In this document: piece by piece, positions 26,626-39,675 of the stretch | Numbering within the stretch: position 1 is the first letter of the stretch | How the letters are laid out: every line of letters begins with the position of its first letter | From: Octopus vulgaris | Lineage: Eukaryota | Direction: 5' to 3' | Assembly: GCA_951406725.2 (NCBI GenBank) | Contig: OX597825.1 | Span: 15,314,001 to 15,378,000 of the forward strand | Length of the DNA stretch: 64,000 nucleotides | Notes under the pieces: model-generated | What the model was told of the DNA's origin: nothing | The model's input: the letters and a program-made list of their open reading frames with translations, nothing else | The model's database searches: none | Program-made: the position numbers and the translations under genes

Positions 26626-27383
26626 ATTATATATATATATATATATAAATTGTGCGTGTGTGCGTACGAATGCATCTATCTGTGTGCGAGTGTATCAGCA
26701 TATAAACATACATACATGCATACATACTTACATATACACATATATAATATATAATAGATAATATAATATATATATGTGTGTGTGTGTGTATGTGTGTGTA
26801 CATATGTATGTAAGTATGTAAGATGTGTATGAATATTTATGTGCTGGTATACACTTACACACAAACAGATGCATGCGTACACACACACACACACATACAA
26901 ACTTATATATGACGCGATAGCGTCTACGAATGTGTTGATATATGTGTGAGTTCATAATTTTATGTATACCTGTATTATTTCATTAATAATAAATGCGGTA
27001 TTGAAAAGTTTTCACACCACATTTAACTCTTGAATTAAAGCTTAAAATATTTACTATAGAAATGGCACAATTTTTGTTTTTCAGTTCCGATTCTATTTGA
27101 AAGAAATATACATTAGTTTTCCTATAAGCTATGGTAAATTTTAATTAATAATCCTTTAGAAAAACCAAGGCAAAAATGAGTGTCAGAATTTCCGAAAAAT
27201 TTTAATAATGTCAAATATAATTTCGTTTTGTTTCGGAGTAAATTATATTATTATCATTAACATATGTTTTAATGCTAGATTTCACAGTGTTCTGTTTTAG
27301 ATATGTGACTACATCCTTTTGTTTGCAAGAGGTGTTAGAATGAATTATTCCACATTTACAATACACATATAAACACACATGTA

Positions 27384-27675
27384 GAGACGCAAAGGCCCAT
27401 TGTTTAGGACAGCGGACTCGCGATCGCAGGATCGTGGTTTCGATTCCCAGACAGCGCGTTGTGAGTGTTTAATACGCGAAAACACCTAGAGCTCCACGAG
27501 ACCCAGGTAAGGGGTGGTGGCGAACCCTGCGGTACTCTTACACCACAGATTGCTCTCATTCTTTCTTCTTGTATCTGTTGTACCTGAATTTGAAAGGGCC
27601 AGCCTTGTCACACTCTGTGTCACGTTGAATCTCCCCGAGAACTACGTTAAGGGTACACGTGTCTGTGGAGTGGTC
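27384..27675 (+). mobile_element. SINE family C, 3'-truncated
   Basis: Collinear with the reverse complement of 23060-23439 (CCCCGAGAACTACGTTAAG, GGTTTCGATTCCCAGAC). Confidence 0.85.
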
Positions 27676-27749
27676 AGAAAACAACTGTCAAATATTAATA
27701 GTGGATTAATGAAACGGAATGTTGTGAAAATTATTTCGTATCGATTCTC

Positions 27750-27965
27750 TTTTATCTCTTTAATCTTTTACCTGTTTCAGTCATTTAACTGTGGCCTTAC
27801 TGGAGCAATACATTTAGTCGAACTTATTCTTTGTAAGTCTAATACTTGTTCTATCGATCTCTTTTGCCGAACAGCTAGATAACGCGAAGGTAAACACACC
27901 AGCATCGGTTGTCACGCGATAGTGGGAGGGTGGACAAACACAGGCACACAAACGTACAGACACAC
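27750..27965 (-). mobile_element. SINE family A, 3' half
   Basis: GTTTCAGTCATTT, GTAAACACACCAGCATCGGTTGTCA blocks. Confidence 0.8.
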
Positions 27966-28286
27966 ACATATTTACTTTTGTTTTAAAGTGAGAGGAGAAG
28001 GTGAAGGATGTATCAAGGTATATATGAAATTGACTTGTGTGTGTGTGTGTATGCGTGAGAGACAGAGAGAGGTTGAGAGATAGATTGATGAGAGAGAGAG
28101 TGAGCGCCACTTAAACATACATGATAACACACACATTCACTCACTCACTCTCTTTTTCTCTGTTTCTTTCACGCACACACGCACGCGTACATACAAAAAA
28201 GATGTAGGCATATGTATTCATGCATATACGTATACATGATAACACACCCCTTTACTCACTCACTTTTTCTCTCTCTTTCTCTCTTC

Positions 28287-28322
<36 letters not shown>

Positions 28323-29992
28323 ATCTTTTTCTCACATACACGGTCATTTCATATACCCGTACATACATCTTTCACTTTCTATTCTCCTTCACTTTAAAAC
28401 AAAAGTAAATAAAAAAAAAAATTTTTACGGAAATTAACGAACACCAGCTGACAGTTCTGCAAGGCAAAACGAAAGATGGCGCACAAATTCCTTAACGTAA
28501 ATTATTTCATATATCATCTTCTTCTTCGATATGAGCTTCTACTACTGCGCGTGTGTAGATATCTTAACCATGTTAGTGAGACTTTTGAGTTATGGTGTGG
28601 CTGATTTTTTTTTATCAATTTTTATTACGAAACGTTTTGGTTTTGTTTGTGAAATATTGGCTAAATAAATTTGTCACAATTAACATTTTTTTTTTATCAA
28701 TTATTGGTCTACACAGGTTTATTCCCATGTCTGCTCTGTGTGTGTGCGTGCGTGCGTGTGTGGATGACCGTAATATTTACTTTCAGGACTGTTGAGTTTC
28801 GAGTTTTGTTTGTATGACACATCTGCTGTAAAACACTGGTTTATTTTTTTACTGTTTTTAACGGTGATTCTTTAGTTTCGTTAATTGGTTGTTCAGAAGC
28901 AAACGAACCACGTGAATTCTAATTTTTTGTTGCGGCAGATTTTGTCTCTTATACTTTGCATTTCGTTGTCTAGTTGTACTCGTCTAAAGTACGTGCTCTG
29001 AATATTGCATGGATTATTATATTTCTCTGCGGCAATGGTTTGGAATGTGAACTCATTTGTTGCCAGTGTATCATTGCATCATGTATTAATTATGTATGAT
29101 TATGAGAAATGTTCTTTTATACGATAGGAATAATGTTGAGTGTGTAATGTATAGGTCTGTTTTATACATGGTTGAATCTATTTAGCATCTTTCGCATTAG
29201 TGCAATATTACTAATGAATGATTATGAAAATCAGAGACTCTCAGGTTCTCAGCGTGTGCTGTACAGCCGCCGAGGGGACGCTATGCGTTAGAGTTTAAGA
29301 GGCGGTGAGGGGTGATGATATAACATAAATAACAAAATACCTGTAGTAGTAATCATATTATACATGATAAAACGGGTAATGGTTATTAAAATAAAATGAG
29401 AGATAAGAAGGGAACTACTATTTCTAGCAACACACTTTTATCTCGACCTGCTATAGAAAATTTCGTTATATCTCACCTGGAAAAAGAAGTCTTTAAATTG
29501 CAATTTATAAAGTAAATTTACATCTTTTGTCTGTATTGAATATTTTTATCATTTCACTTTTAAAAGGTTCTAGAACCGTTCTTTTTAATCAAACTTTATA
29601 AATTATCATCCGTCTTAAGCTAGATTCTTCGTGATACCTTACTCGCCACTTAGGTGGGCACTAAGCATAACAACTACTTAAAAAAGAATGCTACAAAAGA
29701 AAAATAAAGGCTAAGAAACACTGATTTAGAGAGAGTATTGTGTGAACTAAGCGGAAAGGTACTGAAAGCGTTGACTTACTGAAATGAAAGCGCATTATGT
29801 AAGAGGTGTGACGTGTCTACCATGATTTTATTGTGAGCGAACGCAAGTCGTGGCATATATTTCATGTTCTCGCTCAAGTTCATTGGCATCGTGCACATAT
29901 CACAAATTATTGTTAGTATTCATTATACCATTGTACTGCAGCAAAAGATCACACCACACACTCACATGCGACAACGGTCCAAGATGATATAA

Positions 29993-30108
29993 TTCAATCC
30001 CACTGCGTAGCGCCTTGGGCAAGTGTCTTCTACTATAGCGTCGGCCCGACGAAAGCCTTGTGAGTGGATTTGGAAGACGGAATCTAAAAGAAGCACGTTG
30101 TATATATG

Positions 30109-30166
<58 letters not shown>

Positions 30167-30386
30167 TGTGTATGTTTGTGTGTCTTTGCTGGTCCCCCCC
30201 CAACATCGCTTGACAACCGATGCTGGTGTGTTTATGTACCCGTAACTTAGCGGTTCGGCAAAAGACACCGATAGAATAAGTACTAGGCTTACAAAGAATA
30301 AGTCCGGGGGTCGATTTGCTCGACTAAAAGTGGTGCTCCAGCACGGCCGCAGTCAAATGACTGAAACACGTAACAGAGGTAAAGAG
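29993..30386 (+). mobile_element. SINE family A, 5'-truncated
   Basis: Matches the family A consensus from the B box to the tail. Confidence 0.9.
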
Positions 30387-30853
30387 AATAAAATAGTATT
30401 AACTTATGTTCTTTTCTCTATAACTAGAAATATTTATATTTCTAGTTAGCGTATCAATACCCCATGCATTACAAATATTAGTACTAAATTATGTACCAAA
30501 GAGTTTAATTTGCGAAGTTACACCTGACTATTATATGGAATAATAGAATTAAATCAATGACGGAGAGGTAGAGGGATTTTGCTCTGCGCTTCCGAGAGAA
30601 TGATATTGTTTGGTTGAGATATTTATTGTACAGTTCATTTAATGACAGTCAGCCTGAACAGCCAATCAAATTAATACAGTCAGTGAATACATATCATATA
30701 ATGTGACAAAGAAGTAGTATGATTTACTAAAATACTGAACCCAATACATATGCATATATCTGTTTACAGTTATTGATATTTACATAGTTGTCTATATCTA
30801 CTAATCTATCTCTCTCTCTATCTATCTATTTATCAATCTATTAATCAATCTAG

Positions 30854-30907
<54 letters not shown>

Positions 30908-30936
30908 TGCACAACCAATATATAAACGTATATATA

Positions 30937-30982
<46 letters not shown>

Positions 30983-31047
30983 TATATTACTATCATAGCT
31001 TATCTACTTATATATATATATATATATATATATATACTATGATAGCT

Positions 31048-31114
<67 letters not shown>

Positions 31115-31675
31115 CGTGTTAATAAATCCTGATGCTTATATACCGCACATATGTACATTAATACATGTACGCTTGAATTGATATCTACATATATGATTTT
31201 GTGTGTCTGACTGCGTATTTGTCTATATCTTGAAAGCAATTACTATAATAGCTTATCTGGAGATATGACCATCTACACAATTATTATATATGTGTTTACT
31301 TCGATTTAGTATGTACGTTCACCAGGATTTTTTATACGTATTATCGACAAGTAATTCATGCAACAGAATTAGACCTACTTTCACTGCACATATTGTTTAT
31401 CCTTGTCTGATTTTGTCTCATTTATTGTCAGGATATCAAAGTAATAGACGCACAGACAATAAAGAAAATAAAAAACTAAACATTGAAATATTACCTAAAA
31501 GTAAATAATTAAATGTAGATATAATACCGCCAAATTATATTATATCTGCTTCAAAAATCAATTATAATATTGCATTTTGAGTGCCTTATTAATGTATTTT
31601 GCCATATATTGATCCAAACTGACACCAACACTTTTAAAATGAAGATCATATGCCCTACTATATATATATATATAT

Positions 31676-32266
31676 AAGGGCTAATGCAGTTTCGCACCTC
31701 TCCTCGCAAAATGCTTTTTTTGAAAAATTTTTTCGGAATCTTACGTTTTAGATAACGGAGATTACGAATATACAAAAGAAAAAAAAATGTATTTTATGAA
31801 TAACTGGACCGGGATAAATAGATAGTGAGATAAATAAAGAAATGGATTAAAAAGTTCAAAATTTAAAATTTGGAGAGGGGGTGAAATTTGAGCCCTATAT
31901 TAAAATTTATAACATTAATTATCAAACATTAATGTTTGTTTATCATAAAATGGTGTATATTTAATTTACGTTAAATTATTATTTATGATTATTTAAGGCA
32001 AATACAAGTAAAACGCAAATTCTTTTCACTCTAATGATTTCGATTTGCATATGTTCATCAATTCGCTATGATCTCTTTAAAGTAAATAAAATCGAAAGTA
32101 TAAATTGGGTGGGGGGAAGAGGTTGGCGGTCATTGTAATTATTATTTTATTTATTTATTATTATTTTTTATGTATATTCGTAATCTCCAAAATCTAAAAC
32201 GTAGGAATCCGAAAATACAAATTTCAAAAACAAAAAAAAAAAGGTGGCAAAATTGAATTAGCCCCC
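31676..32266. mobile_element. MITE-like non-autonomous DNA transposon with about 110-bp imperfect terminal inverted repeats
   Basis: GGGCTAATGCAGTTTCGCACCT...GGAGATTACGAATATACA versus TGTATATTCGTAATCTCC...AGGTGGCAAAATTGAATTAGCCC; TA-rich flanks. Confidence 0.7.
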
Positions 32267-32409
32267 ATATATCTACTTATGGGATGAGGCTACTGTCGAT
32301 GCTACTAAAACTATTATAATTAGTACTATCACCATTGCAACATCTATTGATGGTAGTGTCTCGTAGTCCCAGAAAAATATGATATTGAAATCTGTTGTTG
32401 ACCAACCTG

Positions 32410-32653
32410 CACGAATGATTTGTTTGTAGCGATCAAATGTGTGTTAGATACATTAGCTCGCTGTCTCCATCAAATCGCCGTTGCCTGAAAAATATAGGTC
32501 TATCACACAGCAAGTGTCAAAGTGATTGTGTAGCAACGTGAGATGAAGTGTTTTGCTCAAGAACACAACGTAGCACCCGGTCCAGGTATTGAAACCAAGA
32601 TCACGAGATCGTAAGCGCGACACACACACACACTACTAGGCCTAGCGCTCTCA
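32410..32653 (-). mobile_element. SINE family D, diverged
   Basis: GCAACGTGAGATGAAGTGTTTTGCTCAAGAACACAACG...CCCGGTCCAGG shared with 8201-8441. Confidence 0.7.
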
Positions 32654-33822
32654 CACAATCTCTAGTATTACTACTATTACTACTACAACCACTACTCTCT
32701 CACTTTCTTATGGTTTTTTACGCACATACTCATAGTGAACTAAAAGGAGCAAATGGTTTCTGTCACGGATTACTGGCTTCTGAGTTCAAACTCAACGAAT
32801 GTCATCTTTACTTTCCATCCTCTTGAAGGCGATATCATAATGTACGAGGCCAACCCTGAGTTGTTATATTTGCGGAATTATTAACACTCTGCATTTTTTA
32901 CGGCTTTAATTTAATTCTTCATTTAGGTAAACGAAATTCGGTGCCTGATTTAACACAACCAACTGACACCTGGATTAACTTTAGCGGAGTTCATTTTAAT
33001 GCAAACAATCAGATCAAGCATCCATATTGAGTAAACTTGATTCGCAAATCTCAGGCGGCCTGGAAATAAGATAAAGTGTAATCAACATTGACCATCTTCC
33101 CTGTAAAAACGGTTGAGAAAAAAACATTCTGTCTCGTACACACAGCACAAACTTTATATCCTACACAATCTGTTTCCTTTTCATACATTTACATAATCTC
33201 TCACGCGATCATACTGTATCACACTTTTCCTTTCGTTTCCTCCCTCTCTTCCTCTCTCTCTCTCTCTCTCTCTCATTCTCTTATAATTTCAATAATTCCT
33301 CGCCGACACACTCTCTAACTCATGCACACTCCAATCATTTTTCTCATTCTCTATCTATCTTTCTTTCTCTCTTTGTCTCTCTCTCTTTCTGTCTTCCTTT
33401 CTTTCTATCTTCCACGTTTATATACGCATTTATAATCTATTTCCTAACATTATTTTTGTGAGAACGAATGCTCGCATATGCATTTCCAGGTCACAGGATG
33501 AGTCTATAGCTGTTATGGCGAAAATTTATTGTCTGACGAATCATAAGGATAGCTACTTCATTAACTTTAGTGTAAGAAGTTACACAGACAGGTATTTTGG
33601 TTTAAGATAGGTCTTAGATATAGGATTTTACCAGACATTTCTTTGACATACTTTTACAAAATTCAATCCTTTGTTACTAAATAAAACTGTCTCATGTTAC
33701 TACTGACACGCGTCTCATGCATTATCATTACTTCATAGATACACTGATTTGATATTTAGTCATCAAGGAGATAGATAAATGGATATATAGATTCCTAGAT
33801 ATACAGATAGGCAGATAGACAG

Positions 33823-33845
33823 TTAGATAGATAGATAGATATATT

Positions 33846-33904
<59 letters not shown>

Positions 33905-33921
33905 GGATAGATAGATAGATG

Positions 33922-33998
<77 letters not shown>
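33823..33998. repeat. (ATAG)n microsatellite
   Basis: Direct inspection. Confidence 0.95.
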
Positions 33999-34364
33999 TT
34001 AAGCACTCTATAATTTTCAATTCATGCAAATCTATGACAATTCTATTCAAAATACACAATAGGATAATGAAGGAGAATTAAAAGTTTTTAGAGCTACGAG
34101 TTTTGGCAAGTATATAGATGTGATATTTTTTCCTTTCATTGATTCCATAAAAAAAGCACCGAAACTGTAAAACAGTACTTACGGCGTTAATTTGTGTTCG
34201 TGAATGATTTCAAAGAACATTGTTCACACATCATTACTTCCTTGTAGCTGTGTGTATATGCACACGCAGACATGTACATATATATTGGTATATATATGCG
34301 CGCACACGAACACACTGATTTTACTTATTTGATAAATTTAAAACTATTATTTTATACGATAGGA

Positions 34365-34923
34365 ACAAGGCCTGGAATCTTAGTGGAGGGACCTAGTCGA
34401 TTACATCGTCCCCAGTGCATAACTGGCACATATTTTTATCCACCACGAAAAAATGAATGGTTAAGTCGACCTCGGCGAATTATGAATTCGGATCGTTAAA
34501 AAGGACAAATACCTATTTCTTTACTACCCATAAGGGGCTAAACACAGAAGACAAACAAGGACCGACAAACGGATTAAGTCGATTACATCGACCCCAATGC
34601 GTAACTGGTACTTATTTAATCGACCCCGAAAGGATGAAAGGCAAAGTCGACCTCGGTGGAATTTGAACTCAGATCGTAGCGGCAGACGAAATACCTATTT
34701 CTTTACTACCCACAAGGGGCTAAACACAGAGGGGACAAACAAGGACAGAGAAACGTATTATGTCGATTATATCGACCCCAGTGCGTAACTGGTACTTAAC
34801 TTATCGACCGCGAAAGGATGAAAGGCAAAGTCGACCTCGGCGGAATTTGATCTCAGAACGTAGCGGCAGACAAAATACCGCTGAGCATTTTTCCCGGCGC
34901 GCTAATGATTCTGCCATCTCGCT
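34365..34923 (-). mobile_element. SINE family B, trimeric
   Basis: One tRNA-like head at about 34870-34923 and three tandem core units about 180 bp apart (GTCGACCTCGG at about 34465, 34646 and 34830). Confidence 0.88.
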
Positions 34924-35428
34924 CTAATGATGACTTTTAAAAAATATTAGTACAAGACTGCTCTAGAAGGATATCGAGGCGAATGCACGTTTGTCGTATA
35001 ATGTAAACAAAAATCCATATTAAACCTAAGGAATAATTCTAAAGCCCTTATGGTTTCACGTACACACAATTGTATTTAGAAAATATGATTGATAATGGTT
35101 TGAATTTCGTATGGCGCCCTTTTGGGTAACCCTTTGATCTTTGACTTGAGTACCTATTTATCATTCGTCAGAGGGATCTGATTAAATCTCATATGAAAGG
35201 TTTAAGGAATATGGCAGCAGGTCGTGAAAAAGTTCATTTCTTTAGTCTGCTGTTAGATTTCTCATAGTACAAATTAAAAATGTACGTATTTGAAATGTTT
35301 CAAATCTTTGGAAATGGGATGAAAACAAGAGGAGAAAATCAATACACAAATTTAATAGGATCTTTTTTTATTCTCACACATATAGGCACATACAAAACAC
35401 ACACACACATATATATATGTGTGTGAGT

Positions 35429-35491
<63 letters not shown>

Positions 35492-35550
35492 CATATGTAT
35501 ATATATATATGTATATATATATATGTATATGTACGTATATATATGCATAT

Positions 35551-35947
35551 TCTTTTATTCTTTTACTTGTCTCAGTCACGTGACTGCGGCCATGTTGCGG
35601 CACTGTATTTAGTCGGACAAATGGAACCTAGAACATATTCTTTGTAAGCCTAGTACTTATTCTATCTGTCCATTTTTTGCTAAGCTCAGGGAACGTAAAC
35701 ACACTAAGATCGGTTCTTAAGCGATGGTGAGGGGACAAACACAGACACACACGCAAACATATGCATACATACATACATACATATATATGTATACGACAGT
35801 CTGTCAGTTTCCATCTACCAAATCTTCTCACAAGGATTTGGTCGATCCGAATCTTTAGTAGAAAACAGCTGCGCCACGAAGTAGAACTAAATCCGGATCC
35901 AGTTGGTTGGGAAGCTGGCTTCTTACCACACACCAGTGCCTACGCCT
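35551..35947 (-). mobile_element. SINE family A, diverged
   Basis: TTCTTTGTAAGCCTAGTACTTATTCTATC and CAGTTTCCATCTACCAAATC blocks. Confidence 0.8.
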
Positions 35948-35998
35948 ATATATACATATATTCATTCATTCATTACATACACACATATATATATATAT

Positions 35999-36051
<53 letters not shown>

Positions 36052-36056
36052 CATAC

Positions 36057-36119
<63 letters not shown>

Positions 36120-36227
36120 CGGATTCAATCGCCTACATAGATTTAGCCTGTGCTCATTTTTCCCCCCACTATTTGATGTCGCATGGTCAAAGTTGGAGGT
36201 AGGTGGCATTTGATAAATCTAACGAAG

Positions 36228-36290
36228 ATAGTGCTGAAGAAAGACATGAGGTAATTTTTCTCTCCTCCGATCTAGAAACATGTTCACTAT
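36228..36290 (+). ncRNA. Minimal type-I hammerhead ribozyme motif, canonical C3-G8 core
   Basis: AUAGUG-CUGAAGA-[imperfect stem II AGA..GAGG/CCUC..UCU]-GAAA-CAUG-UU-CACUAU: 6-bp perfect stem I, palindromic stem III ACAUGU, predicted cleavage after 36284. Confidence 0.72.
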
Positions 36291-36587
36291 TAATGGTAAA
36301 GCAATGCTTTCGTTTAAATATTCCTCATATGTTGCATATGTGAATTGCAGGGTTATGTCGTATATGGAGCCCAACTTGTAGAAAATGGAGATAAACAGTC
36401 GTTGACTGCCATTTCTACTTCTTTCGGTATGCGGCAGAGCAACCTGTTGCCTGCCCCTCCACTTACATACTATGTATACAGAACTTCACAGAAGTTCCCA
36501 CCGCCAAAGGTCATATTTACATACCGAATTCTACCGGTAAATAATTGTTGGTTGTCTGAAAAACCATCGAAATAATTATTTACCCTT

Positions 36588-36667
<80 letters not shown>

Positions 36668-36675
<8 letters not shown>

Positions 36676-37290
36676 AAAAGCAAAAGATGAAGACATCTGC
36701 TGCAGACACCAAACAAATGTATTAGTATAACGCTCGGTAAGGGAAAAAATATTTAACATTTCGAGCCTACGCTCTTCTACGGAAAGGAACACAGAAAGAA
36801 ACAAGGAGACAAAATAAAGAATGTGTGGTGGCTACCGATCTATTATGGCGAATGCCGGACTGAAGGATCACACCGGAGAGCTAGGGAGAAGGAAATATAA
36901 TAAAGTAGTGGTAACCCCAAAAAGAAGGTGAGCGTGCGTATGTGTAAGAGATTTTGTATGTGCGTGTGGAAAATGGCTGGTGATCTTGACGTGTTTGTGT
37001 GTATGTGTAGGTGTGAAAATGTAGATCTGGGAGGTGGTCAGTGCTGGTGTGTGTATGGTGGTGTGTGGTGTGGTGTGATGGTGTTGGGAGGTGGGAGAGG
37101 CGAGAGTGAGGAAAGCAAGTGTGGGGTGTGGGTTAGGCTGAGAGTGGTGGTAGATTGGTAGATATGCTGTATGTCTGTTGGCGGTGGGTGGGGTAGAAGT
37201 GGAGTATGTGGAATGAGGTGGGGCGAGATGGGGAAGTATAGGGAAGGGGGGTATGTGTAGGGGTGGTGTGGGCTTATGAGTGAGAACAAA
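36668..37290 (-). mobile_element. Penelope-like element 3' end (non-coding) abutting (TA)n(GA)n
   Basis: C/A-rich low-complexity region on the minus strand, then a hammerhead-like motif about 85 nt from the microsatellite junction; same layout as 3812-4744. Confidence 0.55.
36752..36786 (-). ncRNA. Hammerhead-like motif with degenerate core
   Basis: Minus strand CUUU-CCGUAGA-A-GAGC-guag-GCUC-GAAA-UG-UU-AAA: stem II and GAAA intact, core positions 4 and 6 non-canonical. Confidence 0.5.
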
Positions 37291-38257
37291 GCGTTTACAT
37301 TCGTGCTGCTATTCATGTCCCTAAAAAAATAAGATGGAGAGACAACAGTGTATAGCGTGCCGTGTATTTCCAAGCCGTCATTCAGACCTTAAAATACAAT
37401 ATAGCTGCTCTTTGAGAAGAACATAAAATAAAAAGAAGAAGCAAGAAGTAATTACCTGTCTATTGCTTTCTCTGTCTGCCAACCTTTCTAACCTCTTCCC
37501 TTAATACCGATCTTTTTATCGCTTTCTCTGTTTACATAACTTTCTTTCATCGTTTGCATTCATTTCTAGCTTTTTTTCTTTCTACCCCTCAATCATTCCT
37601 CCGTCTTTTTATGTCCATCTGCCTATCCATGTATCGCTCTACTTTAGTATCGATTTCTTTCTTCGATTCTTTCCTTCGTGCACACTTTTAATTGTCTGTG
37701 CAACAGATTCCTCCCCACTCACTTTCTTTCTCACTCTTTTTCCACCCCACTCTCTGTATCTCTCTTTCTCTCAAATCTCCTGAAGGCTTTCATTTTTTCT
37801 CCTTAAAGAAGACAACACAATATCTTCCACTTCCTGTTTCGCATGCTAATCATTCTGTTTTGGATTGACTTTTCAACTGATCAAACCCCTCTTTTCCAAA
37901 TCTCTCTTTATCTAATTCTAATTTTGTCTCCTTAAGCCTGAAAACGCACACTAACTTCCTATTAATGTTACTTCACACGTGTTTTCATTATGTCGGCAAG
38001 TCGGAAGACATTTTATGCACACGCATATTCGTTTCTCTCGTTTTCTATTTCCCCGTTCTCTTCACAACTCGTCTTTATTTACTGCTCGTTTCACAGACAC
38101 GATTTTTGTTATTACTATCCTTGGCTATATACCTGTTTCGCTTCCCCTTCTCTCGTCCTCCGCATAACTCATTCAAAGAGCATATTCTGTTACTGTTCTT
38201 TCTCAGCATGTTTCCCTTCTTTCTGTAGGCGTGGCTACAGGCAGAAGCATTACTAAT

Positions 38258-39087
38258 GGCGCAGGCGCAGGCGTGTGGTAAGAAGTATACTTCCTAAGGC
38301 GGTGAGCCGGCAAAAGCGTTAGCACGCCGGGCGAAATGCATATCAGTATTTCGTCTGCCGTTACGTTCTGAGTTCAAATTCCGCCGAGGTCGACTTTGCC
38401 TTTCATCCTTTCGGGGTCGATAAATTCAGTACCAGCTACACACTGGAGTCGATGTAATCGACTTAATCCCTTTGTCTGTCCTTGTTTGTCCTCTCTGTGC
38501 TTAGCCCCTTGTGGTTAGTAAAGAAATAGGTATTTCGTCTGCCGTTACATTCGCAGTTCAAATTCCGCCGAGGTCGACTTTGCCTTTCATCCTTTCGAGG
38601 TCGATAAATTAAGTACCAGTTACACACTGGAGTCGATGTAATCGACTTAATCTCTTTGTCTACCTTGTTTGTCCCCTTTATGTTTAGCCCTTTGTGGACA
38701 ATAAAGAATTAAGAAGTATGCTTCCATATCACAATATTGCGGGGTCAATCCCACTCCGTGGTAACTTTGTCTACCGTCTTCTAATATAGCACCAGACCAG
38801 TCAACAGCATGACAGTGGATTTGCTACGCGAAAACTGAAAGAACACTGACGTATATACATGTGTGTGTGCGCGTGTGTGTGTGTGTCCATGCTTGTCTGT
38901 CCCCACCACAACTTTAGAACCAATGTTGCAATGTTTACGTCCCCTAAATTTAGCGATTCAGTAAAAGAGTCAGTCAGAATAACAATTTATTTAAAACTAA
39001 GTACTAGGTTCGATTCGTTCGACTGTAAGTTCACCAGGCAGCGCCCCAGGATGGCCATAGTTAAAATATTGAAACAAGTAAAAAATA
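38258..39087 (+). mobile_element. SINE family A (old) interrupted by a family B dimer
   Basis: Head GGCGCAGG..GTGTGGTAAGAAG at 38258-38294; body resumes at 38726. Confidence 0.75.
38296..38709 (+). mobile_element. SINE family B, dimeric, with 16-bp target-site duplication
   Basis: Two tandem cores; TSD TAAGAAGTAT(A/G)CTTCC at 38279-38294 and 38710-38725. Confidence 0.92.
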
Positions 39088-39267
39088 ATTGATAAGATAT
39101 TATCCGTCTATCCAGTCCGATCATACCGCAGTAGTTCAAGCCGCAGATACAGCTAAATTGAACAAATTGTAGAGAGTATCGAAACTTTCATGAGGTTTAG
39201 TGCACAACTAATGAGGGTTTTGATAGTGTTTCTGTTCATTCTATGTTTCTTTTCTAAAAAATATCAT

Positions 39268-39643
39268 TGTCTCCCATGCTGGAGCACGGCTTTTAATGCT
39301 TTTAGTCGAATAAATCGACCCCAAAACTTACTATTTCTAAGCATAGTACTTATTCTATCGGGCTCTTTTGCTGAACCGCTATATAACAGGGATCTAAACA
39401 GATCACCACCAGGTGTCGAGCGAAGGTAGGGGAACAAACACAGACACAGACGTATATATATATATATATATATATGCATGAGACGGTTTTCTTTCAGTTT
39501 CCGTCTACGAAATCCTTTCACAAGTCTTTGGTCGATCCGAGACTATAGTAGAAGATATTTGCCGAAGGTGCCACACAGTGGGACTGAAACTAGATCCATG
39601 TGGTTAGGAAGCAAGCTTCTCACTACACAACCAAGCTTACGCC
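39268..39643 (-). mobile_element. SINE family A
   Basis: Reverse-complement match to family A blocks. Confidence 0.82.

Positions 39644-39675
<32 letters not shown>

Noticed and set aside
29272-29283. CTCF-like GC-rich motif (CAGCCGCCGAGGGGACGCTA region)
   Set aside because: Spacing differs from the CTCF consensus by one base and a single motif match is not evidence.
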